A DNA stretch of 64,000 bases from Oscillospiraceae bacterium (lineage in GTDB: Bacteria; Bacillota; Clostridia; Oscillospirales; Ruminococcaceae): positions 1,184 to 65,183 of the forward strand of contig JAQYLI010000027.1 in assembly GCA_028720105.1 (NCBI GenBank), given 5' to 3'. A model generated the notes under the pieces. It was not told where the DNA came from and made no database searches. It worked only from the letters and a program-made list of their open reading frames with translations. Below are positions 46,790 to 56,260 of this stretch, piece by piece. How positions within the stretch are numbered: the stretch's first letter is position 1; each line of letters opens with the position of its first letter. The translations under genes were made by a program, and so were the position numbers.

Positions 46790-46826
46790 AGCCGCCGCTC
46801 CCTCAAGGGGGCGGCGGCTTTTGTTT
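46790..46826 (+). terminator. Flagellin terminator
   Basis: AGCCGCCGCTCCC / GGGGGCGGCGGCT then TTTGTTT. Confidence 0.85.
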
Positions 46827-46857
46827 AAATTATGTTTACAATAAGGGAGAGTGCATT

Positions 46858-48030
46858 ATGGAGTATTATTGCATACAGCCTAAGCTTTACAGTGAGTTTC
46901 AGTGTATGGGAAATAATTGTCCTGACAACTGTTGCCACGGGTGGGGACAAATTATATGGACTGAAAATGAATATGATAAGCTTTGCAGCGCAAGCTGCTC
47001 GGATAAAATAAAAGAAAAAATCGAAAAAAGTTTTATAAAATGTGGGAAAGACTGGATAATTAACTACTCTAATAATGGGTATTGTGCATTTCTTACAGAG
47101 GATAGAATGTGTAGTATTCAACGTGAATTGGGAGCCGAATATTTATCTTCTGTTTGCAGGGAATATCCGAGATTATTTTATAATAATAAAAACTATATCT
47201 TACGAACCTGCAATTCTTCCTGCTACCATATTATGGGAATGCTTATAAATAAGGAAGATATAATGACTATAGACCCCAAAATTGAAAAAATAAATAATAT
47301 TAACCAAATTGCTGGATATCATTCTAACAAGGAAACGGAAAAAGCTAAAAATCCTATATTGAAATACAGAATAGACATTTTTGAATTTTTTTATAATATA
47401 ATTGCCGACAATAGCCGCAGTGTTGAAGTGGCTCTCACTCTCGGGGCTCTTGCGGCTCAGCAAATATCAAAATTTGAAGAAAAAAAACAGTTTGATAAGA
47501 TTCCAATGGTACTTGAAGCTATAAAGCCTCAACTCAATGACCCCGAACAGCTTAAAAAGCTTGAAGCAATACAGCCGAATTATACTCTTAAATTTAGCTT
47601 TGTTAACAAATTGCTTGGTAATATGTATGATTGTGATTTTGGATTTGATTCTCTAATTTCACAAGGACAGCCAAGCAAAGAAAAATATGATATAGGTCTT
47701 AAAAAGTTTGAAGAGGAATTTGAAAACCGTCCCTTTGCTCTGAGAAATATTGTGCTTAACATTTTAACGGAGTATTTTATTTCTGTTTATGATAAAAACA
47801 AAACGGTTTATCAAAATTATTGTTATATAGTAGCGTGCTTTGCTTGCATAAAGTTAGCAGCCGTTTCAATATATTTTAGAAACAAAGAGCCAGAAAGGGA
47901 TTTCAAAATAATTTCCTCTTCGATATGCCGAATGCTTTGTCACAACAAAGCCAATGTTGGAAGTGTTCTCCAATATCTTAAGGAACATAATTGCACATCT
48001 CCTGCACACCTTGCTCTGCTTATAAAATAA
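46858..48030 (+). CDS. fliB: Flagellin lysine-N-methylase
   Basis: F.C.G..C.D.CC.GW, C.FL....C.IQ..LG...LS.VC..YPR, SC; directly downstream of flagellin. Confidence 0.88.
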   Translation: MEYYCIQPKLYSEFQCMGNNCPDNCCHGWGQIIWTENEYDKLCSASCSDKIKEKIEKSFIKCGKDWIINYSNNGYCAFLTEDRMCSIQRELGAEYLSSVCREYPRLFYNNKNYILRTCNSSCYHIMGMLINKEDIMTIDPKIEKINNINQIAGYHSNKETEKAKNPILKYRIDIFEFFYNIIADNSRSVEVALTLGALAAQQISKFEEKKQFDKIPMVLEAIKPQLNDPEQLKKLEAIQPNYTLKFSFVNKLLGNMYDCDFGFDSLISQGQPSKEKYDIGLKKFEEEFENRPFALRNIVLNILTEYFISVYDKNKTVYQNYCYIVACFACIKLAAVSIYFRNKEPERDFKIISSSICRMLCHNKANVGSVLQYLKEHNCTSPAHLALLIK

Positions 48031-48032
48031 CT

Positions 48033-48064
48033 GCAAAGCCCCCTCGGAAAAAAGGGGGCTTTGC
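48033..48064. terminator. Bidirectional terminator
   Basis: GCAAAGCCCCCT / AGGGGGCTTTGC. Confidence 0.8.
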
Positions 48065-48232
48065 TTATTCAAACTCCCGAAAAATGCTGTCGGCGCATTT
48101 GTGGAGATCGTCTTCGGAACGAATTTCCTCCGAGCGGAGCATAATTCCCCCCTGAACGTAATCGGGGAGAGAGCCGAAAAAGTTTTTGGCTTCGGTGCTT
48201 GTCTCAAGGAGAGAGTTCAAAGGATTTTGCTT
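48065..48232 (-). CDS. Small hypothetical protein
   Basis: ATG after AAGGAAG; LPDYVQ..I......I.S..DL pattern; ends at a terminator. Confidence 0.6.
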   Translation of the reverse strand, partial: KQNPLNSLLETSTEAKNFFGSLPDYVQGGIMLRSEEIRSEDDLHKCADSIFREFE

Positions 48233-48352
48233 CATAGCACATCTTCCTTTCATATTGTTATATGAAAATTATGTGCAGGAACGGGCGTATTATTCTTGAC
48301 GGAGAGATTTGTTTGTGTTATAATTTAAAAAAAACGGAAAAGGGGAACGGCT

Positions 48353-48514
48353 ATGACGGCGGAGGAAAAGAAAAGGCTTGCGGAGTTCGAGCGTGACATT
48401 AAAAAAATGCAGAAAGACCACAAGGAGACCTTTGCGGAATTTGAGCCGAAAAAAAGTCTGCCCCGACGAATAGGGGACAGGCTGAAAAGCATTTTTACTC
48501 CACGATCACGGTAA
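48353..48514 (+). CDS. Unannotated 53-aa charged protein
   Basis: TTGACG-N17-TATAAT (48296-48324), AAGGGG RBS, MTAEEKKRLAEFERDIKKMQKDHKETFAEFEPKKSLPRRIGDRLKSIFTPRSR. Confidence 0.65.
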   Translation: MTAEEKKRLAEFERDIKKMQKDHKETFAEFEPKKSLPRRIGDRLKSIFTPRSR

Positions 48515-48926
48515 AAGGACCGTCATTTAACAGGGACACCTTCATATCCGCGCCGAAAATGCCCCTTTCGGTGTGAACGTATTTCTCAAGCTCCGAGCAG
48601 AAGAACTCGTAAAGTGGTTCGGCAGTTTCGGGACGTGCCGCATTGATGAAGGAGGGGCGGTTGCCGTGAGAGCAGTCGGCATAAAGGGTGAACTGGGATA
48701 TGCACAGCACCTCGCCGCCCACGTCTTTAAGGGACAGATTTATCTTGTCATTTTCATCGGAGAAGATACGTAAGCCGCCTATTTTCTTTGCAATGCGAAT
48801 GCAGTCCGCTTCTGTGTCGCCGTCGGTAAAGCCTGCAAGGATAAGAAAGCCCTTTCCTATGCTGCCCACCACTTTTCCTTCGACTTCTACGGACGCATTT
48901 GTAACTCTCTGTATAACTGTTCTCAT
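48495..48926 (-). CDS. dtd: D-aminoacyl-tRNA deacylase
   Basis: MR.VIQRV..ASV, SQFTL, GNRPSF, NDGPFT. Confidence 0.96.
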   Translation of the reverse strand: MRTVIQRVTNASVEVEGKVVGSIGKGFLILAGFTDGDTEADCIRIAKKIGGLRIFSDENDKINLSLKDVGGEVLCISQFTLYADCSHGNRPSFINAARPETAEPLYEFFCSELEKYVHTERGIFGADMKVSLLNDGPFTVIVE

Positions 48927-48994
48927 ATTCTTGCCCTTTCACAAAAAATTCGGGATACTTCTGTCTCACAAGACGGGAGTACCCCGATTTTTTA

Positions 48995-50476
48995 TCAGTA
49001 TTTGCTGTTTACGTTTTCAAAATCATCATCGAGATAGATGTGCTTTTGCTGCTTCGGTGCCTGGGTAGCGGTCTCCGTCTCGGAGAAGTCCACGGGAACG
49101 AAATCATTGTCCGTATCTGCGGAAGGCTCATCATAGGAAGCGCTGCCGCTTTCGCTTACATAATCATTGAATGTTTCCGAGTGATCCTGCTCGTATGATG
49201 TTGTTTCGTAAGTTTCGTCCGAGAAATCCTCGGCAGGCTCATCGTCTATCTTGAAATGCGCCAGGAGGTTTCTCAGTATGCCCGACTGACCCGAAAGCTC
49301 CTCGGAGGTAGCGGCGGATTCCTCTGCGGTGGCGGTGTTGCTCTGAACAACGGCGGCTATCTGCTCAACGCCTACGCTTACACGCTTTATCTCGTCAGCC
49401 TGTTCAATAGAAGCATCGGATATCTTGGAAACCTCGTCAGCAATATCGCCTGCGTTCTTGATGATCTTGTCGAGAGTGCCTGCGGTTGCGTGGGCGATAT
49501 CTGCGCCGCGCTTAACGCTTTCAATGGAGTTTTCAATAAGTGAAGTGGTCTGGCTTGCGGCTTCTGCGCTCTTTGCGGCAAGGTTTCTTACCTCGTCTGC
49601 AACTACCGCAAAGCCCTTGCCTGCTGATCCTGCACGAGCAGCCTCAACTGCGGCATTAAGAGCAAGGATATTGGTCTGGAAAGCGATATCGTCAATGACC
49701 TTGATGATCTTGGATATCTCGGCGGAGCTTTTGTTGATGTCGTCCATAGCGGAGAGCATTTGCCCCATTTCCGTGCCGCATTCCCTGATCTTGTTGCCTG
49801 TATCGTTTACAACCTGCATAGCCTTGCCTGCGGAATTGGCGGTGTTGTTTACCTTAATGGAAATGGTGCTTATCTGCTCGGTGAGACGGTCGATGGAAGC
49901 AGCCTGCTCGGTAGCGCCCTGTGAAAGAGTCTGAGCGCCGTCAGCCACCTGCTTGGAGCCGTTTGATACCTGGTCGGAGGCAATGTCGATATTGCGGAAG
50001 GTCTCCTTCATAGAGACGGTAACATCGTTATATTTCTTGCTGATAAGTCCGAAATCGCCCTTCCAGGAGGCAGGGAGCCTGTAGTTCAGATTACCTGCGG
50101 CAACCTCGTCAAGACCCTTGTTTATCTCGTTGATGACCTCGTTCAGGTGAACAATGGTGTTCTCAAGGGTGTTGCAAAGCTCGTCAAACTCTGTCTTTTC
50201 CGGAAGCTTTTCGTTAAATGTGTGAACGTCGCCCCTGTCGATAGCCCCGAGACGCTCCTCCACCTTTCTTATCTGTGCGGTTATGTACCTTCCGAAAATG
50301 GTGGAGATAACTGCGAATGCCGCCAGCCCTGCCAGTGTAAGTATTATCTGCAGGGGAATGTTGTCGACCAGCATTGAAAATCCCACCAGCGTGAATACTA
50401 CTATTACCGCAGCCGTGACGTACACGAGAGTCATTTTTCCTGCGGCAGTTTTTGTCCATTTTCGCTTTTTATCCAT
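48995..50476 (-). CDS. Methyl-accepting chemotaxis protein
   Basis: Two TM helices, HAMP domains, [35 protein letters not shown]. Confidence 0.95.
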   Translation of the reverse strand: MDKKRKWTKTAAGKMTLVYVTAAVIVVFTLVGFSMLVDNIPLQIILTLAGLAAFAVISTIFGRYITAQIRKVEERLGAIDRGDVHTFNEKLPEKTEFDELCNTLENTIVHLNEVINEINKGLDEVAAGNLNYRLPASWKGDFGLISKKYNDVTVSMKETFRNIDIASDQVSNGSKQVADGAQTLSQGATEQAASIDRLTEQISTISIKVNNTANSAGKAMQVVNDTGNKIRECGTEMGQMLSAMDDINKSSAEISKIIKVIDDIAFQTNILALNAAVEAARAGSAGKGFAVVADEVRNLAAKSAEAASQTTSLIENSIESVKRGADIAHATAGTLDKIIKNAGDIADEVSKISDASIEQADEIKRVSVGVEQIAAVVQSNTATAEESAATSEELSGQSGILRNLLAHFKIDDEPAEDFSDETYETTSYEQDHSETFNDYVSESGSASYDEPSADTDNDFVPVDFSETETATQAPKQQKHIYLDDDFENVNSKY

Positions 50477-50730
50477 AAGGAAGACTTCCTTTCAGTAATT
50501 GTCCCCGAATATCGCCATTTTGCGACGGGAAATATTATCTAATATTATACCATATCGCTCCCGTAAAATCAATAGCTTTTTATAAATTTGGATAAGGAAT
50601 ATAGGTATTCGCATTTTTTTTGTGACCCATTGACAAAAAAAATTAAAGCGGCTGTGCAAATATACTTGAAATGGCAGGACGGGTGTGTTATAATAAACTC
50701 AAAGACTGCATTACAGAAAGGACTTGTCAA

Positions 50731-51999
50731 ATGGATCTGTTATATGAAATAAAAAGCTCCCTGCTGACGATCTTGCCTCCGAGCATTTTTGATGTTCTGG
50801 ATATCGCATTGCTTGCCGTACTGATCTATTATATCCTGAAATTTATGCGGCAGAACCGTGCAGGCGGGCTTTTCAAGGGTCTTGTGGTCATAGTGGCGGC
50901 GTATCTCGTGGCGAAGCTTGTCCATATGAAAGCCCTGGTATTTCTCCTTGAGAATGCGTTCAGCATCGGACTTATCGCCCTTGTGATACTGTTCCAGCCG
51001 GAGCTCAGGCGTTCCCTTGAAAATATGGGACAGTCAAAGCTTATGGACTTTACCAAGGGAAACAAGCCTAATCCCTGGGAAAAGCCGATCGAGGAGATCT
51101 GTAAGGCTTGCAGCTATTTTGCCGACAACAGCGTAGGCGCGCTTATCGTTATCGAACGGAATGAAAAGCTGGGAGATCAGATAAAGACGGGCACCGAATT
51201 TAAGGCAGAGATAAATTCCCTGCTCCTTGAAAATATTTTCTTTATAAATGCGCCGCTCCACGACGGAGCCGTCATAATACAGGACGGAGAAGTTGTAGCC
51301 GCAGGCTGCACACTTCCCTCCACCTCGAGACCCGAGCTTGTGGACAAGGCTTTAGGTTCAAGGCACAAGGCTGCTCTTGGAATGAGCGAGAACTCCGACG
51401 CTATAATAATAGTGGTATCCGAGGAAACAAGCGTTATTTCCATTGCCGAGAACCGCAGCCTAACCCGGGGACTTTCCGTGGAGGCTCTTAAAATGATGCT
51501 TACCGAGAGACTTATGCCCGCAGCAAAGAGCAAGGATAATAGTGTAAGCAAAGAGCCCGCAAATGAACAGAAGGACACAGGCAGCCCCGATAAGGATATC
51601 CCGAAGAGCAAGGCTCCTGCCCCTGTTCCTGCTCCTGCACCGGCTCCCGCAAAGCCTGCTGAAATGACTTTCGGCTCGGGACAGAAGGCAACGCTTAGGA
51701 TAGATGAGAATACCGGCGATATAACTATCGTTGTGTCCGAGGAGATAGGCGTTATTCCCATTAAAGAATTCCGTAACCTCACACGGGGCATTTCGGAAGA
51801 CGCTATGAAGTCCTTACTTACCGAACAGCTGGTGTCCGACGCTCTTAAAAAGAAAAAAACTGCTTCTGAAGGTGATGATGTCCCCGAGAACAGCGGAGAA
51901 AGCATAAGCACCGAAGAAGATAAGAGCGGCTCCGAGGAAAAAATATCCCCTGGCGGAGAAAAATCGGGCGGCGCTGACAAAGGAAAGGAGGGCGACTGA
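50731..51999 (+). CDS. cdaA: Diadenylate cyclase with C-terminal extension
   Basis: Three TM helices, FQPELRR.LE, GALIVIER, PLHDGAVII, GSRHKAA, VVSEET. Confidence 0.92.
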   Translation: MDLLYEIKSSLLTILPPSIFDVLDIALLAVLIYYILKFMRQNRAGGLFKGLVVIVAAYLVAKLVHMKALVFLLENAFSIGLIALVILFQPELRRSLENMGQSKLMDFTKGNKPNPWEKPIEEICKACSYFADNSVGALIVIERNEKLGDQIKTGTEFKAEINSLLLENIFFINAPLHDGAVIIQDGEVVAAGCTLPSTSRPELVDKALGSRHKAALGMSENSDAIIIVVSEETSVISIAENRSLTRGLSVEALKMMLTERLMPAAKSKDNSVSKEPANEQKDTGSPDKDIPKSKAPAPVPAPAPAPAKPAEMTFGSGQKATLRIDENTGDITIVVSEEIGVIPIKEFRNLTRGISEDAMKSLLTEQLVSDALKKKKTASEGDDVPENSGESISTEEDKSGSEEKISPGGEKSGGADKGKEGD

Positions 52000-53402
52000 T
52001 GATAAAAGAAAAAAAGCCGACAAATCCGCAGGATAAAATACAAAAGCTTTTAAAAAGCGCAAAGGACTTTTCTCCCGCAGAGGCTCTGAACTTTTTTACC
52101 CAGTGGATAACAAATATTTTCAAGCAGGACACCCATCTGAAAATATTGTCCATTATCGTGGCGATAGGTATCTGGGCGGTGGTATCCATCAGCGTTTATC
52201 CCACAATGGAAAGCGTTTACTACAATGTTCCCGTGAAGATATCCCTGGAAAATACCTATGCCGAAGCAAATCAGCTTGACGTCATTACCTCCTCCGCAGA
52301 GACTGTCACCGTAAAGCTTTCGGGCAACCGCAGTCAGATAGGCGAGATAAAGGCGGAGGACCTTACAGCGGCGGTTGACGTTTCAAGCGTAATGCTGCCA
52401 AGAAGCTACAAGCTTCCGATGAATATCGAGTGTGCAAAATCTGCTGATTTCGATGTCGTAAGCATTGAACCCGAGACAGTATCGGTTTCCTTTGACAAGA
52501 TAATCTCAAAGGAGCTTACCATTACGCCCCAGCTTGAAAATGTCCGCATAGCCGAGGGCTATATGAGCGGAGACGCAGTGGTAACTCCCTCAACGGTCAC
52601 TGTGACAGGACCTCAGGATATGGTAAATTCCATAACCAAGGTCTGTGCAAAGGTCTCTCCCGAAAAGGAGCTTGACTCCACCTATGAATTTACCACCGAC
52701 GAGCTTGTGCTTTACAACAACAATGCGGTGATCTCCGACAATAACGAAATGCTGAGCTTTGACAAGAGTGCATTTGCGATACAGATACCCGTTTTTGTTC
52801 GTCAGACCCTGCCTCTGGAGGTAAATATCATAAACGCTCCTGACAAGTTCGATCTGGATTATTTCCGCAGTCAGCTTGTATTCTCCGTAAACGTCATTGA
52901 TATCGCGGCTCCCAACGACAAGATAAAGGAGCTTAAAAGCCTTAATATCGGCACTATCAATATGAGAGAGGTGGACGTAGGCAGCGTATTTGAATTTAAG
53001 GCTGAAAACTTCCTTCCCGAGGGCTATGAAAATCTCACCCAGATAGATACCGTCACCGTTACCTGTCCCAGCGAGGGAATAAAGAAGAAAGCCATTGCCA
53101 TAAAGGGCAAGGATATACAGTTTGTGAACCGTCCCGCACAGTATGAGTTTGAGCCTGTTTCATCGGGTATGACCCTGTTCGTGGTGGGTGACGAAGAGCA
53201 GATCGACTCCATCACACGAGAGGATATCACCGCACAGATCGACCTTATCGACTTTGATATGCAGGAGGGCGACCACAAGATGTCCGTAGGATTTATAATC
53301 TCCTCCTATGACAAGGTGTGGTTCAACGGCGGCGACGGAATTGCAACGCCTAAGATAATCGTCAAGGCGTCTGTTGCCGAAGATGAAGTGCTTGAAGAAT
53401 AG
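51999..53402 (+). CDS. cdaR: CdaR/YbbR-domain regulator
   Basis: KILSII.AI.IW TM, P..V.V.GP repeats, coupled to cdaA. Confidence 0.85.
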   Translation: MIKEKKPTNPQDKIQKLLKSAKDFSPAEALNFFTQWITNIFKQDTHLKILSIIVAIGIWAVVSISVYPTMESVYYNVPVKISLENTYAEANQLDVITSSAETVTVKLSGNRSQIGEIKAEDLTAAVDVSSVMLPRSYKLPMNIECAKSADFDVVSIEPETVSVSFDKIISKELTITPQLENVRIAEGYMSGDAVVTPSTVTVTGPQDMVNSITKVCAKVSPEKELDSTYEFTTDELVLYNNNAVISDNNEMLSFDKSAFAIQIPVFVRQTLPLEVNIINAPDKFDLDYFRSQLVFSVNVIDIAAPNDKIKELKSLNIGTINMREVDVGSVFEFKAENFLPEGYENLTQIDTVTVTCPSEGIKKKAIAIKGKDIQFVNRPAQYEFEPVSSGMTLFVVGDEEQIDSITREDITAQIDLIDFDMQEGDHKMSVGFIISSYDKVWFNGGDGIATPKIIVKASVAEDEVLEE

Positions 53403-53626
53403 CACATAACATTACATTATTAAGCGGCTCTCCCTTTAACGTAGGTGAGAGCCGCTCAGTCTGTCAAAAAAATGGTATCAATTGTGTAATATGTACAACC
53501 CAATATGAAATTTACTTTGTCCAAAACGTTCCACCGAAACATTTTTGAGGGTAAGCTTTCTCAACCCTTTTACCTTTTTTAAGGATAAAGGGGATTTCGC
53601 CCTATGCGGGGTGCGGCTCTTTCCCG

Positions 53627-54511
53627 CTATTTATCCGTTCTGCTCTTTTTTCTGTACTCCGAAGCCGTGCAGCCCACGACCTTTTTAAACTGCCTGTTAA
53701 AATTGGAAATATTTCTGTAGCCGCACTCAAAAGCGGCGTCCGCCACGGAAATATCCCTTTCCGAAAGGAGCTCGCAGGCTTTTTTTATCCGTATCTGCCC
53801 TAAATATTCCATTGCCCCCACGCCTGCATATCGCTTGAAACAGCCCATAAAATAGCTGCTGCTCAGATGTACCGAAGCCGCCAGCATTTCTATGGTGATG
53901 TTGTCAAAGTAGCGGGTGTTCATAAGCTCCAGAGCAGGGCGTATCATCTCGCTTTGCTTGGCGGAAGTTTCCTTTTCGGGGAAAATGTCTCCGCTTTCGT
54001 ACAGCAGCCAGAAAAGCCGCAGAAGCTCGCTTTTCAGGAGCATATCAAGCCTGGGCGAATTGCCCTTTGCGCAGGAAATGATATTGTCTGCCGTGGTTTT
54101 AAGCTCACCGTAATAGATATGCTTCGCTGTGATACGGGGATTTATCCCGAATGACCCGTTTACAAGGGGGCGAATACATTCGGCGGCGCAGCGGTCGCTG
54201 TCCCTCGCGCCTGTCATATCGGGGTTGAATACAACGGTGTCGTAAAGCTGACTGAACCCCTGTGCAGGGTAAATGGCGTGGAGGACATTTGGCGGTATCA
54301 GAATGATATCACCCTCCTCCGAGGTGAATTTTTTCTCGCCGCAGATAAATTCCGCCCGTCCCGAAAGGATAACGTTCAGCTCAAATTCCGTGTGCCAGTG
54401 AAGTGGGACGTTTGCGAAATAATCGGGTATCCTGCATTTGTAATAGCTGTAGGGCACAAGTCCCGAGCTGTGCCGCCTTTTTTCTTCCGAGTCCGCTCTG
54501 TTCATTTGCAA
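53627..54511 (-). CDS. AraC-family transcriptional regulator
   Basis: LHWH.EFE cupin; A.ECGY.NISNFNRQFKK..G.T..EYR. Confidence 0.93.
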   Translation of the reverse strand: MQMNRADSEEKRRHSSGLVPYSYYKCRIPDYFANVPLHWHTEFELNVILSGRAEFICGEKKFTSEEGDIILIPPNVLHAIYPAQGFSQLYDTVVFNPDMTGARDSDRCAAECIRPLVNGSFGINPRITAKHIYYGELKTTADNIISCAKGNSPRLDMLLKSELLRLFWLLYESGDIFPEKETSAKQSEMIRPALELMNTRYFDNITIEMLAASVHLSSSYFMGCFKRYAGVGAMEYLGQIRIKKACELLSERDISVADAAFECGYRNISNFNRQFKKVVGCTASEYRKKSRTDK

Positions 54512-54652
54512 GTCACCTTAAAGTAGAATAGTATCATTATACAGTAGAATTTCGGTTGAAATTTACATCATTTTATAGTATTATATCATACATAGAGAGG
54601 ATTATCAAGCAATTTGGAAATAAATATCAATAATATGAAAGGACGGTCTTTT

Positions 54653-56203
54653 ATGAAAAACAAAAATCCCCTTTGGCTGGACAATGCCGTATTTTACGAG
54701 ATATATCCCCAGTCGTTCAATGATACGAACGGCGACGGAATAGGCGATTTCCGGGGCATTATCGAGAAGCTGGACTACATCAGGGAGCTTGGCTGCACCG
54801 CCATATGGATGAACCCCTGCTTTGAGTCACCTTTCGGAGATGCAGGCTATGACGTTTCCGATTATATGAAAGCCGCACCCCGCTACGGCACAAATGAAGA
54901 CCTGAAAAGGCTTTTTAATGAGTGCCACAAGCGCGATATGCACATTCTCCTCGATCTTGTTCCCGGGCATACTTCTGTGGAGCATAAGTGGTTCAAGGAG
55001 TCCCTCAAAGCGGAGAAAAACGAGTTTACCGACCGCTATGTCTGGACGGACAGCATTTGGGAGGAGCCTCAGGGAATGGGCTGTATCAGAGGCATTTCCG
55101 ACAGAGACGGCTCCTGCGCCGTAAACTTTTTCTCCCATCAGCCTGCCCTCAATTACGGCTTCTATAAGTGCGACCGCCCCTGGCAGCAGTCTATGGACAG
55201 CGAGGGCGCAAAGGCTACCCTTGAAGCGATGAAAGACGTTATGCGCTTCTGGCTTGGAATGGGCTGCGACGGTTTCCGTGTGGATATGGCAGGCTCCCTT
55301 GTAAAGCACGACGAGGACGGAAAGGGTACCATAAAGCTCTGGCAGAATGTAAGAGAGTTCCTTGACAAAGAATTCCCCGAAGCGGCAATGGTCTCTGAGT
55401 GGGGCGAGCCTGATAAATCCCTGCAGGGCGGCTTCCATATGGATTTCCTGCTCCATTTCGGACCCTCTCATTATAACGATCTTTTCCGCTGCGAGGAGCC
55501 GTTTTTCTCAAGCAGAGGAAAGGGCGACGTTTCCGAGTTCGTGAAAAAATATACAGAGAATTACGAGAAGTCCCAGCGAAAGGGTCTTATATGTATCCCC
55601 TCGGGCAATCACGATATGGACAGACTTGCCCGTTCCATTCACGGGGATAATCTGAAAATAGCCTTTGCATTTCTGCTCTCAATGCCGGGAGCGCCTTTCA
55701 TCTACTATGGCGACGAAATTGGTATGAGATACGTGGAGGGGCTTACCTCGGTGGAGGGCGGCTACGGCAGAACAGGCTCCCGCACGCCTATGCAGTGGGA
55801 TAACACCACAAATGCAGGTTTCAGTTCCGCTTCAAAGGAGCTGCTCTATATCCCTATGGACGAAAGCCCCGACCGTCCCACAGCGCAGGCTCAGATGAAT
55901 GACAAAAACTCCCTCAGAAGCGAGATAAAGCGGCTCATTGATATAAGACAGTCACGAAAGGCTTTGCAGAGCAGGGGAGACATCAAGTTTGTCTATGCGG
56001 AGAAAAACGAATACCCCCTTGCATATCTCAGAGGTTCGGGAGATGAATGGGTGCTTGTTATCATTAACCCTGCAAACAGAGAGGTTTCCTTCGACTGCCG
56101 CTTTACCCCTGTGGACACCATATATTCCTTTGGCGGAGAAATAAAAGTCGAGGACGGCAGGATAACCGTTCCCCCCTGCTTTGCGGGATATTTTGAGGTT
56201 TGA
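54653..56203 (+). CDS. GH13 alpha-amylase family glycosidase
   Basis: YEIYPQSF.D.NGDGIGD, GYDVSDY, DGFRVDMA, SEW, NHD, YYGDEIGM. Confidence 0.92.
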   Translation: MKNKNPLWLDNAVFYEIYPQSFNDTNGDGIGDFRGIIEKLDYIRELGCTAIWMNPCFESPFGDAGYDVSDYMKAAPRYGTNEDLKRLFNECHKRDMHILLDLVPGHTSVEHKWFKESLKAEKNEFTDRYVWTDSIWEEPQGMGCIRGISDRDGSCAVNFFSHQPALNYGFYKCDRPWQQSMDSEGAKATLEAMKDVMRFWLGMGCDGFRVDMAGSLVKHDEDGKGTIKLWQNVREFLDKEFPEAAMVSEWGEPDKSLQGGFHMDFLLHFGPSHYNDLFRCEEPFFSSRGKGDVSEFVKKYTENYEKSQRKGLICIPSGNHDMDRLARSIHGDNLKIAFAFLLSMPGAPFIYYGDEIGMRYVEGLTSVEGGYGRTGSRTPMQWDNTTNAGFSSASKELLYIPMDESPDRPTAQAQMNDKNSLRSEIKRLIDIRQSRKALQSRGDIKFVYAEKNEYPLAYLRGSGDEWVLVIINPANREVSFDCRFTPVDTIYSFGGEIKVEDGRITVPPCFAGYFEV

Positions 56204-56217
56204 TTGTAAATTAAAAC

Positions 56218-56260
56218 AAATACAGCGTTAATGCCAATGAAGCATTAACGCTGTATTTTT
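56218..56260. terminator. Bidirectional terminator
   Basis: AAATACAGCGTTAATGC / GCATTAACGCTGTATTT. Confidence 0.85.

Noticed and set aside
53455-53626. Possible degenerate REP/IS-end sequence (CAGTCTGTCAAAAAA...GGGGATTTCGCCCT)
   Set aside because: No second copy or matching terminal repeat in the window
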